Assembly: GCA_030704615.1 (NCBI GenBank)
Contig: CM060734.1
Location: forward strand, 28,396,001 to 28,460,000
Direction: 5' to 3'
Source: Takakia lepidozioides
Taxonomy: Eukaryota; Plantae; Bryophyta
DNA length: 64,000 bases
Of the stretch, positions 24,570 through 35,249 are shown piece by piece. The position numbers were made by a program, and so were the translations under genes. Below the pieces are notes generated by a model. That model searched no databases, had not been told where the DNA came from, and saw only the letters and a program-made list of their open reading frames with translations. Numbering within the stretch: the first letter of the stretch is position 1; each line of letters begins with the position of its first letter.

Positions 24570-25470
24570 CCATGACTGTGTGTGTGTGTGACAGGCTGTG
24601 AAGGCTGTGAGGGCTGTGTGGGGGGCTGTGAATGTGGGCTGTGAAAGACGGGCTGTGTGTGACAGGCTGTGACGGCTGTGTGTGCCCTTTGGGGCTGTGA
24701 CGGGCTGTGCTGTGAAATGTGTGTGACGGGCTGTGACAGGCTGTGTGCACAGGCAGTGTGGGCCTGGGGCTGTGAATGTTGACAGGCTGTGGGAAATGAA
24801 GGCTGTGACAGGCTGTGTGGCCTTTGGGGCTGTGTGTGAATGTGTGACAGGCACAGGCTGTGTGTGATGTGTGACAGGCTGTGCTGGCCTGTGGGGCTGT
24901 GACGGCTGTGAGGGTGTTGCTGTGAACAACGGGCTGTGAGGTTGTGACAGGCTGTGGAAAGGCTGATGTGAATGTTGGACATGTTGTTGTGAAAGAAGGC
25001 TGTGACAGAAATGTGCCCTGTCTGTGACGGGCTGTGAGGCCTGTGGGCTGTTGGCCTTTGGGGCTGTGACGGGCTGTGAGGGGCTGTGCCTGAGGCCTTT
25101 GAGGCTGTGAGGGGCTGTGACAGGCCGTGCCTGGCCTGTGACGGGCTGTGAGGGCTGTGACAGGCCGTGAGGGCCTGTGACTGGCCTTTTGTGTGCTGTT
25201 TGAGGCTGCCTGTGACAGAAAAACAGGCCCCTGAAGGGGCTGTGACAGGCCGTGCCTGGCCTTTGGGCTGTGACTGTGAGGGGCTGTGACAGGCAACTGT
25301 GAGGGGCTGTGTGCCTGAGGCCAAAAACGGGCTGCTGTGACAGGCCGTGCCTGAGGCCCTGTGAATGAGGCTGTGACAGGCTGTGCTTGTGGTGGTGTGT
25401 GTGACAGTGAGCTGTGTGGGCCTGTGCTGGTCTGTGGTGGCCCGTGTTGACCTGTGGACGGCCTGTGCTG
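24570..25470 (+). repeat. Degenerate GGCTGTGA(C) tandem array in the retroelement leader
   Basis: Dozens of GGCTGTG/TGTGACAGG units, strongly G/T-biased on the + strand. Confidence 0.9.
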
Positions 25471-26138
25471 ACTCGTGGAGGCACTGGTGGACTGCCTAAG
25501 GACTGGCATGTGGTCTGGAAGGCCGAATTTTGAAGCTCGTGGAGGGCGGTTTGAGGAGTATCTTCATGATATTCCCATGGTCATGCAAGTGAGGAAGAGA
25601 GAGAGGAGAGTGTTGGGATGAGGGCATGCTGGGGTTAGGCATTGCTTTAGCTTCTCTTCCTCGTAGTTTCCACCCTCTCATTAGGCCAAGACCTTTCCGT
25701 AGGTGGAGGCAAGAGTCAGTCCGGGTTTGGGCTGGGGTGTCCTTGCAGGAGCAACACCGTGGAGTTGTTTTTGGTGTGGGGGAGTTGTCGTTCTGATTTC
25801 TTGTGTTTGGATCCCCTCCATACCTGCATGCTTGACTGTGCGCCATGCTAGTTTTGTGTGGGCGCTTGTTTTTATAGGTGATTGGTCCGGATTTGATCAC
25901 CGGCCAGTCCTAGAGCATGCTGTCGATGGTGAGGCTGGGGTGATGACCAGCCAGACCATCATTGTTTCTCCTGTGGTGAGGTTGGAGGTGATGACCAGCC
26001 AACCATAGGAGTGCTTGCGGTGGATGCAGGTACAGGTGTAGGCTATGTTAGGAACTTAGTATTCCAAACCATAAGCCGCAACAGGTTCTCTACCCGGTTA
26101 CCTTGTGGAGAGGGGGTTAGGGACATGTTCATGACCGG

Positions 26139-29060
26139 TTGAGTGTCAACACGGAGGTGCCACTAGTTGCTGGGGACAGTGCCGGTTCGAGCACTAGCGA
26201 TACTAGTGGGTACACGAGACGAGGTGTGCGGTTTAGGCCACCTTCACCTCCTGTGTCTTCCACGGAAGGTTCTGATTCGGATTGTGAATCAGGAGGACTC
26301 ATACCGGCGGTGCAAGTTGTTTCTTTGCCATTGTTGTGGGACACAATGGAGGAGATGTATGGAGCTACCAAGGGGCCACGAAGGTACTCTGGGGCGGTGG
26401 GCACCATCGAGTTGGATGATTTTATCCAAGAGTTTGATAGTTGGTGTGATTTGCAGCAAATGCGCAATCCACAACTATTTACGCCTTTCATGGCATGGAA
26501 GGGGCTGTTTCAGCACCTTGAGGGGCCGCCTATGGATGATTACCATGAGTTCAGGCGGGGGCATGAGGTTGAGATCGAGGAGTGGAGGATGTACTGGTCA
26601 CCCGACTATGTCTCCATCACTAGGGGCACTAGAGCCACGAGGGCAGTGGCTACACCTGCCGCTGCACCGGCAGCTTCAGCAAGTAGCAGTGGGACTGGTG
26701 GTACAGTAGCTACGACGTCCACCCAAGCCACTACCGCACCAGCACTAGCACCCGTGCCTGCCTTCAACCCTGTTGTGGAGTTCTTCGAAGAGTTGAGAGG
26801 GAACTACCAAGGGGTGAGGACAGAGAAGTTGCGGAGCTTGCAAGAGTTCCAACGGAAGCCGACCGAGAGCTTGAGGGAGGCTTTCACTCGCATGAGGCGC
26901 TTGATAAATGTAACCCAAGGGGTTACGGAAGCTCAGGCAGTCCAATTCTGGTATGGGATATTGGACAAGGAGCTGAGGAGAGGGTGCGGGATGCAACTCT
27001 CCTACAAGCGGCCCAACCCACCTTAGCAAATGTGTTTTTGCTGGCAGAGCGGATAGAGCTCAACATGGTGGAGGAACGAGTGGTCATGGTGGGATTTGCT
27101 AAGGAGACACCACGGGGTAGTGGTGCTCCTAGCCAACCACTACCTCAACGTGCTCAAGGCAACAAGGGGGCTCAGGTGAAGCTCAGGGAAGGGCAGAGAG
27201 GACCTCAGATGCAGGGGTCTCTCCCTTCATTTGCTGGCCAACAACGGGCGGATGTGTGTGCTGGACATGTGGAGGACCCCCATGTCAAGAAGGATTGCCC
27301 AGAGGGAGGCAAAGGGCGGCACATGCACAGCCTGCACAGTTGCAGTGTGGGCATTGTGGCAAGCACGGGCATGGAGAGGCCCAGTGTTATGGTTTGCATC
27401 CTGAGTTGCGCCCAGGCCAGTTCCAAGGGAACAATGGTGGCCGGGGCGAGGTGGAGCAGCCCAGAGAGGACGAGGTGGCCAGCCACGAGGTGCAGGCCAA
27501 GGGCAAGCTCAACGTGGCCAAGGACGCGGAGGTCAGGGTGTTGACCAAGGCATGGCCAACCGGCTTCAGCAGCTAGAGCAGAGGCTCGCTGCCATGGCTA
27601 CAGCTCAGGTGGTACCGGCTCTAAGGCCGGATGGTCCACCTCCTGCTCCTGAGGGAGGAGATATGGGAGGCATGGGATTCATGTGTGGAGCAGCACTACC
27701 ACTAGTGCAGGTGGAGTCTGCTGCAGCCGTGACTCGAGGAGCAGCACGAGTTCCTGAGCCACGAGGTGCAGAGGTGGAGTTGGATCCACAGCGTGGGGAG
27801 GCAAGCCGTCAGGCTAGGCTTCCTCAGTCATTCACATTGGCGGAGACAGTGTCGACGCCATCCATGGCACCTAGTTCTCGCCCGACTGTTACCGAGGCGG
27901 AGGTTACTATGCCATTGGGGAGAGCTACACGGGTAGCACCACTACCTAGTGTTGCCAAGGCTACGGCAGCTAGTGTGCTGCTAGGAGCGGCCACATCTGT
28001 GTGCCAGGCTCCATTGTTCTCGGCTACCATGATTGCGACGCCGGGGGTAAGACCAGCTGAGGTGTTCAGGCTGGCAGCTACACTCTGTGAGAGTGGGGAG
28101 GTTACTTCATCTTCTGCGGAGATAGTGGGAGGTGTAGTGCCGGAGGGATCCTCGGATTTGAGGGTCAAGACTGCCACGGCGGCGCCATGGCAAGCTGCAG
28201 CTGCCAGGTTGATGGAGCTGCCAGCTAGGCCAGCCATTGAGCGCGCCATGGTGACACCTGGAGTTGTCATGTTAGACAACCAGGATGGCATTTTCTGTTT
28301 GAGTGGACCGGCAGGCAAGAGGTACCGGCCACTGCGGGTCTTGTTGGACTCGGGAGCTCAGCCATTGATGCTGGGCAGAGCTGCTATTGCAGGCTTGGGC
28401 CTCACGGAGGCGGATATGGAGCCTTGTCCTTTCCAGATACAGACGTCTCTGGGAGGATCGGAGCAGGCTCGGGGCATGACACGGCGTGAGTTGGCTATCA
28501 GACTACGGCCGGATCACCCTACAGATGGCTCAGTGATGCGAGCCAAGGCCATTGTGACAGACGCAGTCTCATACGATGTCCTGGTTGGTGGGGCAGTGTT
28601 GTACCCCATGGGCTTCACCCTGGATTTTTGGGAGGAGTCAGCTTCCTATAGGCCTGCATGGCAGTCAGGGGAGGGCCGGCGTGTGCAGCTCCCTGTGACG
28701 TTCATAGGAGGAGTTGCGGTTGCCCAGCGAGGCAAGATGCCGACACTAGCAGCATTCACAGCGGCAGTGAGTTGGCCTAGAGAGTTGCTTGAGGGCAATG
28801 CTCATTCAGAGGATGTACCACCTCCGGGAGAGCAGGATGACATGTATGGTATGGCGGAGTTGCCTACCATGGTTGCTCAGACTCCATTGTGGGGCACGAG
28901 CAAGGATTTGCAGCGGGATGCTGATCGACGGGTGCAACAAGCCTGGGTGGAGGCTTTTGTACCGTCAGGAGAGGAGGAGAGTGTGGGGATTGCACCAGGA
29001 CCACCTCAATTGTCTCCATTGGACACCACACCTATTGTGTGGCAGTATCCGGATGAAGGC
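26139..29060 (+). pseudogene. Gag (two zinc knuckles) and aspartic protease of copy 1, frameshifted
   Basis: Gag-like 26139..27026/26984..; CWTCGGPH..DC and CGHCGKHGHGEAQC; protease VLLDSGAQ in 27552..29324. Confidence 0.85.
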
Positions 29061-30020
29061 ATTGTCTTCTGGACTTGTTTGGCGGGATCAGCACCGGATT
29101 GGCTGCTGTGTTACAGGCAGGTGTACGAGTTCGGCGTTACCTGTATGTGGAGAGGGATGAGACTGCACGACGCGTTTCACTTCGCCATGTTGCTCAGTTG
29201 GTGCAGCGGTACCCTGAGTTGTTGTCGGTGTCTGCAATTCGTGGATATCAGCAGGCCTTGCCAGCAGACATTTCGTTGCTGGGGGCGCAGGATTTGGAGC
29301 GGGTTGGCTCCATTGATCTGGTAGTGGCAGGTTGGCCCTGCCAAGGGCATTCATCAGCCGGGCATGGCAATGGATTGCGAGACTCGAGGTCGGGTCTGTT
29401 TTGGGAGATGGTGCGGGTTTTGCGCCACTTGCAGCTTCATCAAGCTGTATCTCCAGCATACATCTTGGAGAATGTGCCACTGATGGGCGATTCTCGGGCC
29501 AGGGTGATGGCCAGTGTGCATCAAGTCCGGTCGTGGCTTGGGTCAGCAGTGTTGCTAGATGCAGCTACAGTGGGGTCACGGGCTCATCGTCCACGGCTAT
29601 GGTGGACTAACTTGATGCCACCCGCACTGCTCAAGCGTGCATTTGATGGGGTGCAGCGGCCAGCACATCTCACAGTGGATAACATTCTGGACACAGGGAG
29701 GCAGTCTCAGCGTGTGAGACACGATGACCGTTCGCCTTTGGCAGTGGTCAACAAGGTGGGTCAACCACGAGCAGCATTACCTACACTGCTCAGCTTCCCA
29801 GGATCGCATGCTTTCCGGGATAGTGGACCTGGCCTCCTGTGGGATGCTCAGTTGCAGCAGTTAGTGGAGCCTAATGCTGACGAGCGTGAGCGGGCAATGG
29901 GTTTTACCACTGGTACCACGGCGGTGTCGTCTCTTTCTGAGGCATCACGTCGTCAAGTTGGGGCAAGCAATGGATCTCAATTGCTTGACCTGGATTATCA
30001 GCTTGGCTCTGGCTGAGCAA
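29060..30020 (+). CDS. DNMT3-like DNA cytosine-5 methyltransferase domain within pol (frameshifts at both ends)
   Basis: Motif I LDLFGG, IV AGWPCQ, VI ILENV, VIII AHRPRLWWTNL, IX ERERAMGF, X RRQV(L)GQAM. Confidence 0.9.
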
Positions 30021-30463
30021 CGCAGAGTGCGGAGTACACTTCCCTCAATGGTCTCTCTGCCTACCGAGACGGTACAGGCAGTGAGTGGGGGCGAGCATGT
30101 GAGGACCACGGGGTGCATGCATCCATGGCACACGTGGGAGGTGCTCGAGGTTCAGAGGGAGTTGGCAGCCAAGGCGGCTGTGATGGATGGGTTGGGGATT
30201 CTTCTCGGGTTGAGGAGGTCCTCAAGGATGAGATGATGGGGCAGGATGAGGCCTTGTCATTGACTGAGCAGGTAGGGAGTACTGCTCAAGAGGTTGCAGC
30301 ATAGCAACCACGGGACGCGTCCTCTACCTCTAAGCCCACTGGACTTAAGGTTGTAGTTACGGAGGACAATTGGGAGCCTGACATTGGACCCATTGTCACC
30401 GGAGGAGAGAGACGACGTATACGGCGGTTCCTGAGGGCTTACAGGAATTGCTTTGCCTTCAGT

Positions 30464-31200
30464 TTGAAGGACTTGGGAGCACTGAAGGGTCAAGAGATCC
30501 GTATTGAGTTGGCCACTGACACGCCAATCTTTCGGAGACCCTATAGATACAGTGACATGGAGAGGTCTTTGATTCAGATGAGGACTCAAGATCTCTGGGA
30601 GGCAGGTTTGGTGGAGCTCTCTGGTGGAGAGTATGCTTCAGCCACAGTGATGCCAGCCAAGAAGGATGTCTATGGCAATTGGACGGAGAGACGTATGTGC
30701 GGTGATTACCGGCCTGTAAATCGTCAGACCAAGTCCGATAAGTATGCCATGCCAACACCAGAGGAGATCTTTGATGCCATCGGGCATGCTAAGGCCTTTA
30801 GCACTTTGGATTTACGATCCGGATATCACCAGTTGCCAATCAAGGAGGCGGACAAGCAGAAGACGGCATTCTGGGGGATCAATGAGCACGGCAAGGATTG
30901 CCTATATCAGTGGCGGTTCTTACCATTTGGGCTTAAGAATGCTCCTGCAGAGTTTCAGAGAGTCATGGATAGGATTCTAGCAGGGGTGGACTTTGCTCGG
31001 TGCTACATAGATGACATCATCATCTTTAGTGTTACGATGGAGGAGCATGAGAGACACCTTCAGGTGGTATTGGAGCGCTTGAGAGCGCACGGATTGAAGT
31101 TGCATCCGGGGAAGTGCAAGTTTTTCCACAACCAGATTGAGTATCTGGGTCACATGATATATCCTGGAGGATTGGGGGTACATAAGGTAGAGGCCATTTT
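30464..31200 (+). CDS. Reverse transcriptase core of copy 1
   Basis: RMCGDYRPVN, LDLRSGYHQ, LPFGLKNAP, YIDDIII, IEYLGH. Confidence 0.92.
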
Positions 31201-31380
31201 AAAGAGAGTCCAGACAAGCTTTCTTGCACGGTGGGCACTTATACTCCAGGAGTATGACTTTCAGGTTGTGCATCGACCGGGTTTGGTCAATTGGGATGCG
31301 GATGGATTGAGTCGCAATCCATGCATGAGCCAGCAGGATGACACTGGAGCTCGGTGGCATGGTGAGAGACGGACGAGGAG

Positions 31381-32961
31381 ATGGTGCCGGGATGGCACGC
31401 ATCTGCATTTTTGTGTATCTTGGCATCGGGAGGTCAGATTGGACCTACAACAGGGATGACTGTAGACGGAGTGTCTGAGGACCCTGAGGCTAGTGATGAG
31501 CTAGGTGGTGCCAGAGATATACATGAGGATTCGGCTGTGTTGGACTACCTCCGCACGGGAGACATGACAGCCATTGTGACTGCCAGGGAGAGGGATCGGA
31601 TCCTGCAACGAGCCAAGAGGTTCAAGTGGGAGGGGATACACCTACTTCGAGTGTGGGAGGATGGTCGGGTGAGGATTGTGCCTCACCCCACACAGCGTGC
31701 ACGGTTAGTGCGGCATGCCCATGAGGAATTGGGGCATTTTGGAGTGCGACGCACTCACAGTTTACTGCAGGGGCAGTATTGGTGGCGTGGTATGCATACA
31801 GAGGTGCAACAGTTTGTGGCTAGGTGCATGGTGTGTGACAGGGTGCGTGCTTCATTCAACGCCCCTACACCACAGTTGCATCCTTTACCTATCATGGGAT
31901 TGGGCTACAGGTGGAGTCTTGACTTCGCAGGACCGTTGCCACTGACTATGCGCCACCACAGATATGTGTTGGTGATGGTGGAGCACTTCTCCAAGTGGAT
32001 TGAGTTGGTTCCATTGCCTGACAAGGCTAGTGAGGGGGCTGCGTATGCATTCTTGGATCGTGTGCTTAGCCGATTTGGTGCTCCAGCTGAGGTACTCACG
32101 GACCAAGGGAGAGAGTTCTTGGGGGAGTTTCAGGCTTTGTGTGATAAAGCCTTGATAGACCACCGCACCACTTCTCGGGATCATCCTGAGGCCGATGGCT
32201 TAGCAGAGAGAGTTGTTCAGACGGTGAAGAGGGGTTTGCGCAAGTATGGCTTGCAGAAGGGACACCTAGGAGATTGGGATCTTCAGGTTCCTTGGTTAGC
32301 CATGGGCTACAGGTTCAGCAAACAAGCATCACTTGCCTCCTTCTCACCATATTTCCTTCTCTTTGGCCGAGAGCCGGATTTGCCTGCAGCCATTCGTAGG
32401 GACACTGCTCAAGTCCTTAACCTTGACGATCCGGACGTGTGGGTACGTGCATGTGATCAGCGTGCAGAGTTGTTCAAGAAAGTCATGCCCATGGATTTTG
32501 AGAACCTTGCCATTGCACAGCACCGTGATACGTTGAGGTATGCCACTATACGTGGTGGAGGATATCGTCCTGGGGTTCGGAGGTTTAGCCCTGGTGACTA
32601 TGTTTATTTGCAGCAGACTGCTCCTACGACTCTGGATGTTACTGCAGGGCGTGTTATTCTGAGGGTTCGAGAGGTGTTTCCCTCAGGGGTCCTGATCTTA
32701 GAGGGTCGGGATGGCATGACTTGGAAAGACCATGTGCGTAATTGTGCGCCATGTCACCTTCCCAATGTCGATGACAGAGTTGACCCAAACTTGGCAGTGG
32801 TACCTGCAGGTTTGAGGTGCATGCTCTGTGGGTCTGCCAAAGGGGCAGCCACCATGCTGGTGTGTGATCGGTGCTCAAGGGGTTGGCATATGGGATGCTT
32901 GACACCACCTCTTGAGAAGGTGCCTGACGGAGATTGGTTGTGTCCACACTGCTTGGGATAG
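31381..32961 (+). CDS. Integrase (HHCC, DDE core) with C-terminal PHD finger
   Basis: HEELGHFG...CMVC, SLDFAGPLP, LTDQGREF, GLAERVV; C4HC3 CMLC..CDRC...WH..C..WLCPHC. Confidence 0.93.
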   Translation: MVPGWHASAFLCILASGGQIGPTTGMTVDGVSEDPEASDELGGARDIHEDSAVLDYLRTGDMTAIVTARERDRILQRAKRFKWEGIHLLRVWEDGRVRIVPHPTQRARLVRHAHEELGHFGVRRTHSLLQGQYWWRGMHTEVQQFVARCMVCDRVRASFNAPTPQLHPLPIMGLGYRWSLDFAGPLPLTMRHHRYVLVMVEHFSKWIELVPLPDKASEGAAYAFLDRVLSRFGAPAEVLTDQGREFLGEFQALCDKALIDHRTTSRDHPEADGLAERVVQTVKRGLRKYGLQKGHLGDWDLQVPWLAMGYRFSKQASLASFSPYFLLFGREPDLPAAIRRDTAQVLNLDDPDVWVRACDQRAELFKKVMPMDFENLAIAQHRDTLRYATIRGGGYRPGVRRFSPGDYVYLQQTAPTTLDVTAGRVILRVREVFPSGVLILEGRDGMTWKDHVRNCAPCHLPNVDDRVDPNLAVVPAGLRCMLCGSAKGAATMLVCDRCSRGWHMGCLTPPLEKVPDGDWLCPHCLG

Positions 32962-33220
32962 TGGCAGTGGACATGACTGGAGGCAGCTAACAAGACATGG
33001 GAGGCCAAGCTCATAGGAGTCAATACATAAGATCCCAAGCTCAAGTTCACGGGTTGCAAGACGGCGACTAACGATGGGGCAACTCTTGCACCCGGCCTCT
33101 TGATCTATCGAGTTTGAGTGTAGTAGGGATAGTGGTGGAGGACTTAGTGAGGCTATGGTCACTATCACATCTTGTGGCTACCTGGACTTAGAGGGACCTA
33201 AGCACCAGCTAGGGGGGCGA

Positions 33221-33927
33221 TTGTGTGGACTAGTGACTGCCATAGTGGGCAGCGTAGTGGCAGCCTAGTGACTGACTAGTTGTAGCCTAGTGGTTGGACT
33301 AGTGGCTGGACTAGTGGTAGACTAGTGGTATACTAGTGTGTGGTGTGCACATGTGTTGTGTGGTTTTGGACAGCGATGTAGTTGTGTAGCGATATGTATG
33401 CGCACGACAGCTGTCAAGTTATTTTACCACTAGTGTGAAACTAGCTAGGAAATAGCTATCTTTTACATATTGACATTTGGGATTGGCCCAAGTGTCAATC
33501 CAGGGGTCAAGGCAGATTTAGGCCCTGGAGTGGTTATCTTCACGGCAAGCGCGGGAGGCTCATCTTTCTCGAGTTGAGCCTCACCGCGCCTAGCTATGGC
33601 GCCGTAGTGTGGATTCCCCATGGCGTGGGGTGCACTTGGCTTGACTTGTATTTGAGTGATGAGGTTATATATGCATGAGTTTATGCTTCAGCTTTGTGAG
33701 CTCGCATGAGCTTGTGCTTGTATTCTTCTTCTTTATCATTGTGTGGACTAGTGACTGCCATAGTGGGCAGCGTAGTGGCAGCCTAGTGACTGACTAGTTG
33801 TAGCCTAGTGGTTGGACTAGTGGCTGGACTAGTGGTAGACTAGTGGTATACTAGTGTGTGGTGTGCACATGTGTTGTGTGGTTTTGGACAGCGATGTAGT
33901 TGTGTAGCGATATGTATGCGCACGACA
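33221..33927 (+). repeat. 3' split repeat block B1 (33221-33409), GC spacer, A2 (33412-33738), B2 (33739-33927); preceded by purine tract 33211-33220
   Basis: B1 and B2 are identical 189-bp copies by eye; A2 equals A1. Confidence 0.95.
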
Positions 33928-34745
33928 TAGCAAAGGAGTGGCCAAAATGTCTATCGTCATCCAATAGGTTCACTCAATTCAATAAGGTGGTTCTAAGCCC
34001 TTCAACTCAACAAGTTCAATCAGTTTAATCAACGCCCTGCAGGCTATAATAAGCACCACGTGCATCTATCCTATTTAAGCAATTTCGCAAATCAGAAATG
34101 CTGGAAAATAAAAGAAATTAAGAAATCAGAAAAAAAAAAAAAAAAAAAAAAAAACCTCCCCTATGGGAAATCATGTAGAGAGTCCAAAGATACCCTTGGT
34201 GCCTAAAGATGCCATTGGGAACCCTATGGGAACCCAATGAGAACCGAAGAACACCCGAGAACCGTTCCTTGCCGTGGGGAACTGTCGCGACTCTATCAGA
34301 TGAATGAATCTCGCTGAGAGCTCATCCCTACCACTACATTCGTTAGTCCAGAACATGCACGCGTAAATAATAAAATAACCACTGGTGGGTCCAAGCCAGA
34401 TTTCACCCTCCTTACATTATTTTAAGGTGCTGGTGTGCTTTCCCTCAGTGGCAAAAATCATCCTCTACCTTGGGCTCTGACACAAAGGCTCACTGTAGCC
34501 GAGTTTTTAGGACAGAGTACTTTCTCTCCTCCCTTGTCTCTCGAGGTCTCTGCCACTAGCTTACTGCTCCCAGGCCCGCTTGGCTCTCTCTTGGAGTCCT
34601 AAGAACACTCCCCTCCAAGGCCACGTCCTCCCAACATCCTAGATTTTATCTACCACTGGCGCCTTAGATAATGGCTCATAACCCTTAGAGGGGTATAAAT
34701 TGAATCTAATAGCTAAAGGTAAGAATACCCCCCTTTAAGGGAATT

Positions 34746-35249
34746 TGTCGTGCGCATACGTATCGCTACACAACTACATCGCTGTCCAAACTACACCACA
34801 CATATATGCACAATAAAGTAGTCTGCCACAATGATTGAAAACTAAATTTACACAGTTGACACCATCACTCGTTAAACTAAGAGTCGAGCCAGGGGCACCC
34901 CAAACTATGGGGACTCCACCCCACAACATCTTATTCTCCCTTCATAAGCACACTCAGATTCTAAGTAGTGAATGAGCTCGGTCGTGCAGGTTCAACTCGA
35001 GAGAGATGAGCCGCACGACTGACGCTTTTATGAAGATAAGATGGTTCAGGTGTCAAGCTAAACTTGATACCTCACTTAACACTTGAACTAAATCCAAGTG
35101 TTAAATACAAATAACTAGATTTATTCTAGTTAGTTTCACACTGTGTTTATTTAACTTGACAGATGTCGTGCGCATATGTATCGCTACACAACTACATCGT
35201 TGTCCAAACTACACCACACATATATGCACAATAAAGTAGACTGCCACAA
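34746..35249 (-). repeat. 3' split repeat block of copy 2: B1 35164-35249, A 34832-35161, B2 34746-34831
   Basis: 86-bp B copies differ at 3 positions; junction reads CACGACA-TC-TGTCAAG on the minus strand; purine tract at 35250-35260. Confidence 0.92.

Larger units (their letters stand above)
22727..33927 (+). mobile_element. Ty3/gypsy-type retroelement with DNMT3-like methyltransferase and PHD finger, split direct repeats, copy 1 (11.2 kb)
   Basis: TGTC...GACA termini, 4-bp TSD TAGC (22723-22726 / 33928-33931); order gag-PR-DNMT-RT-(RNase H deleted)-IN-PHD. Confidence 0.92.

Noticed and set aside
24495-25509. Three long minus-strand ORFs rich in H/S/Q/P/T
   Set aside because: Consequence of a stop-poor simple repeat.
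29075-30016. Bacterial restriction-modification methylase or contamination
   Set aside because: Embedded in a retroelement pol in two copies, DNMT3-like motifs, no endonuclease partner.
22727-33927. DIRS/Ngaro tyrosine-recombinase element
   Set aside because: Repeat layout is similar, but it encodes an aspartic protease and DDE integrase, has a TSD, and no tyrosine recombinase is visible.
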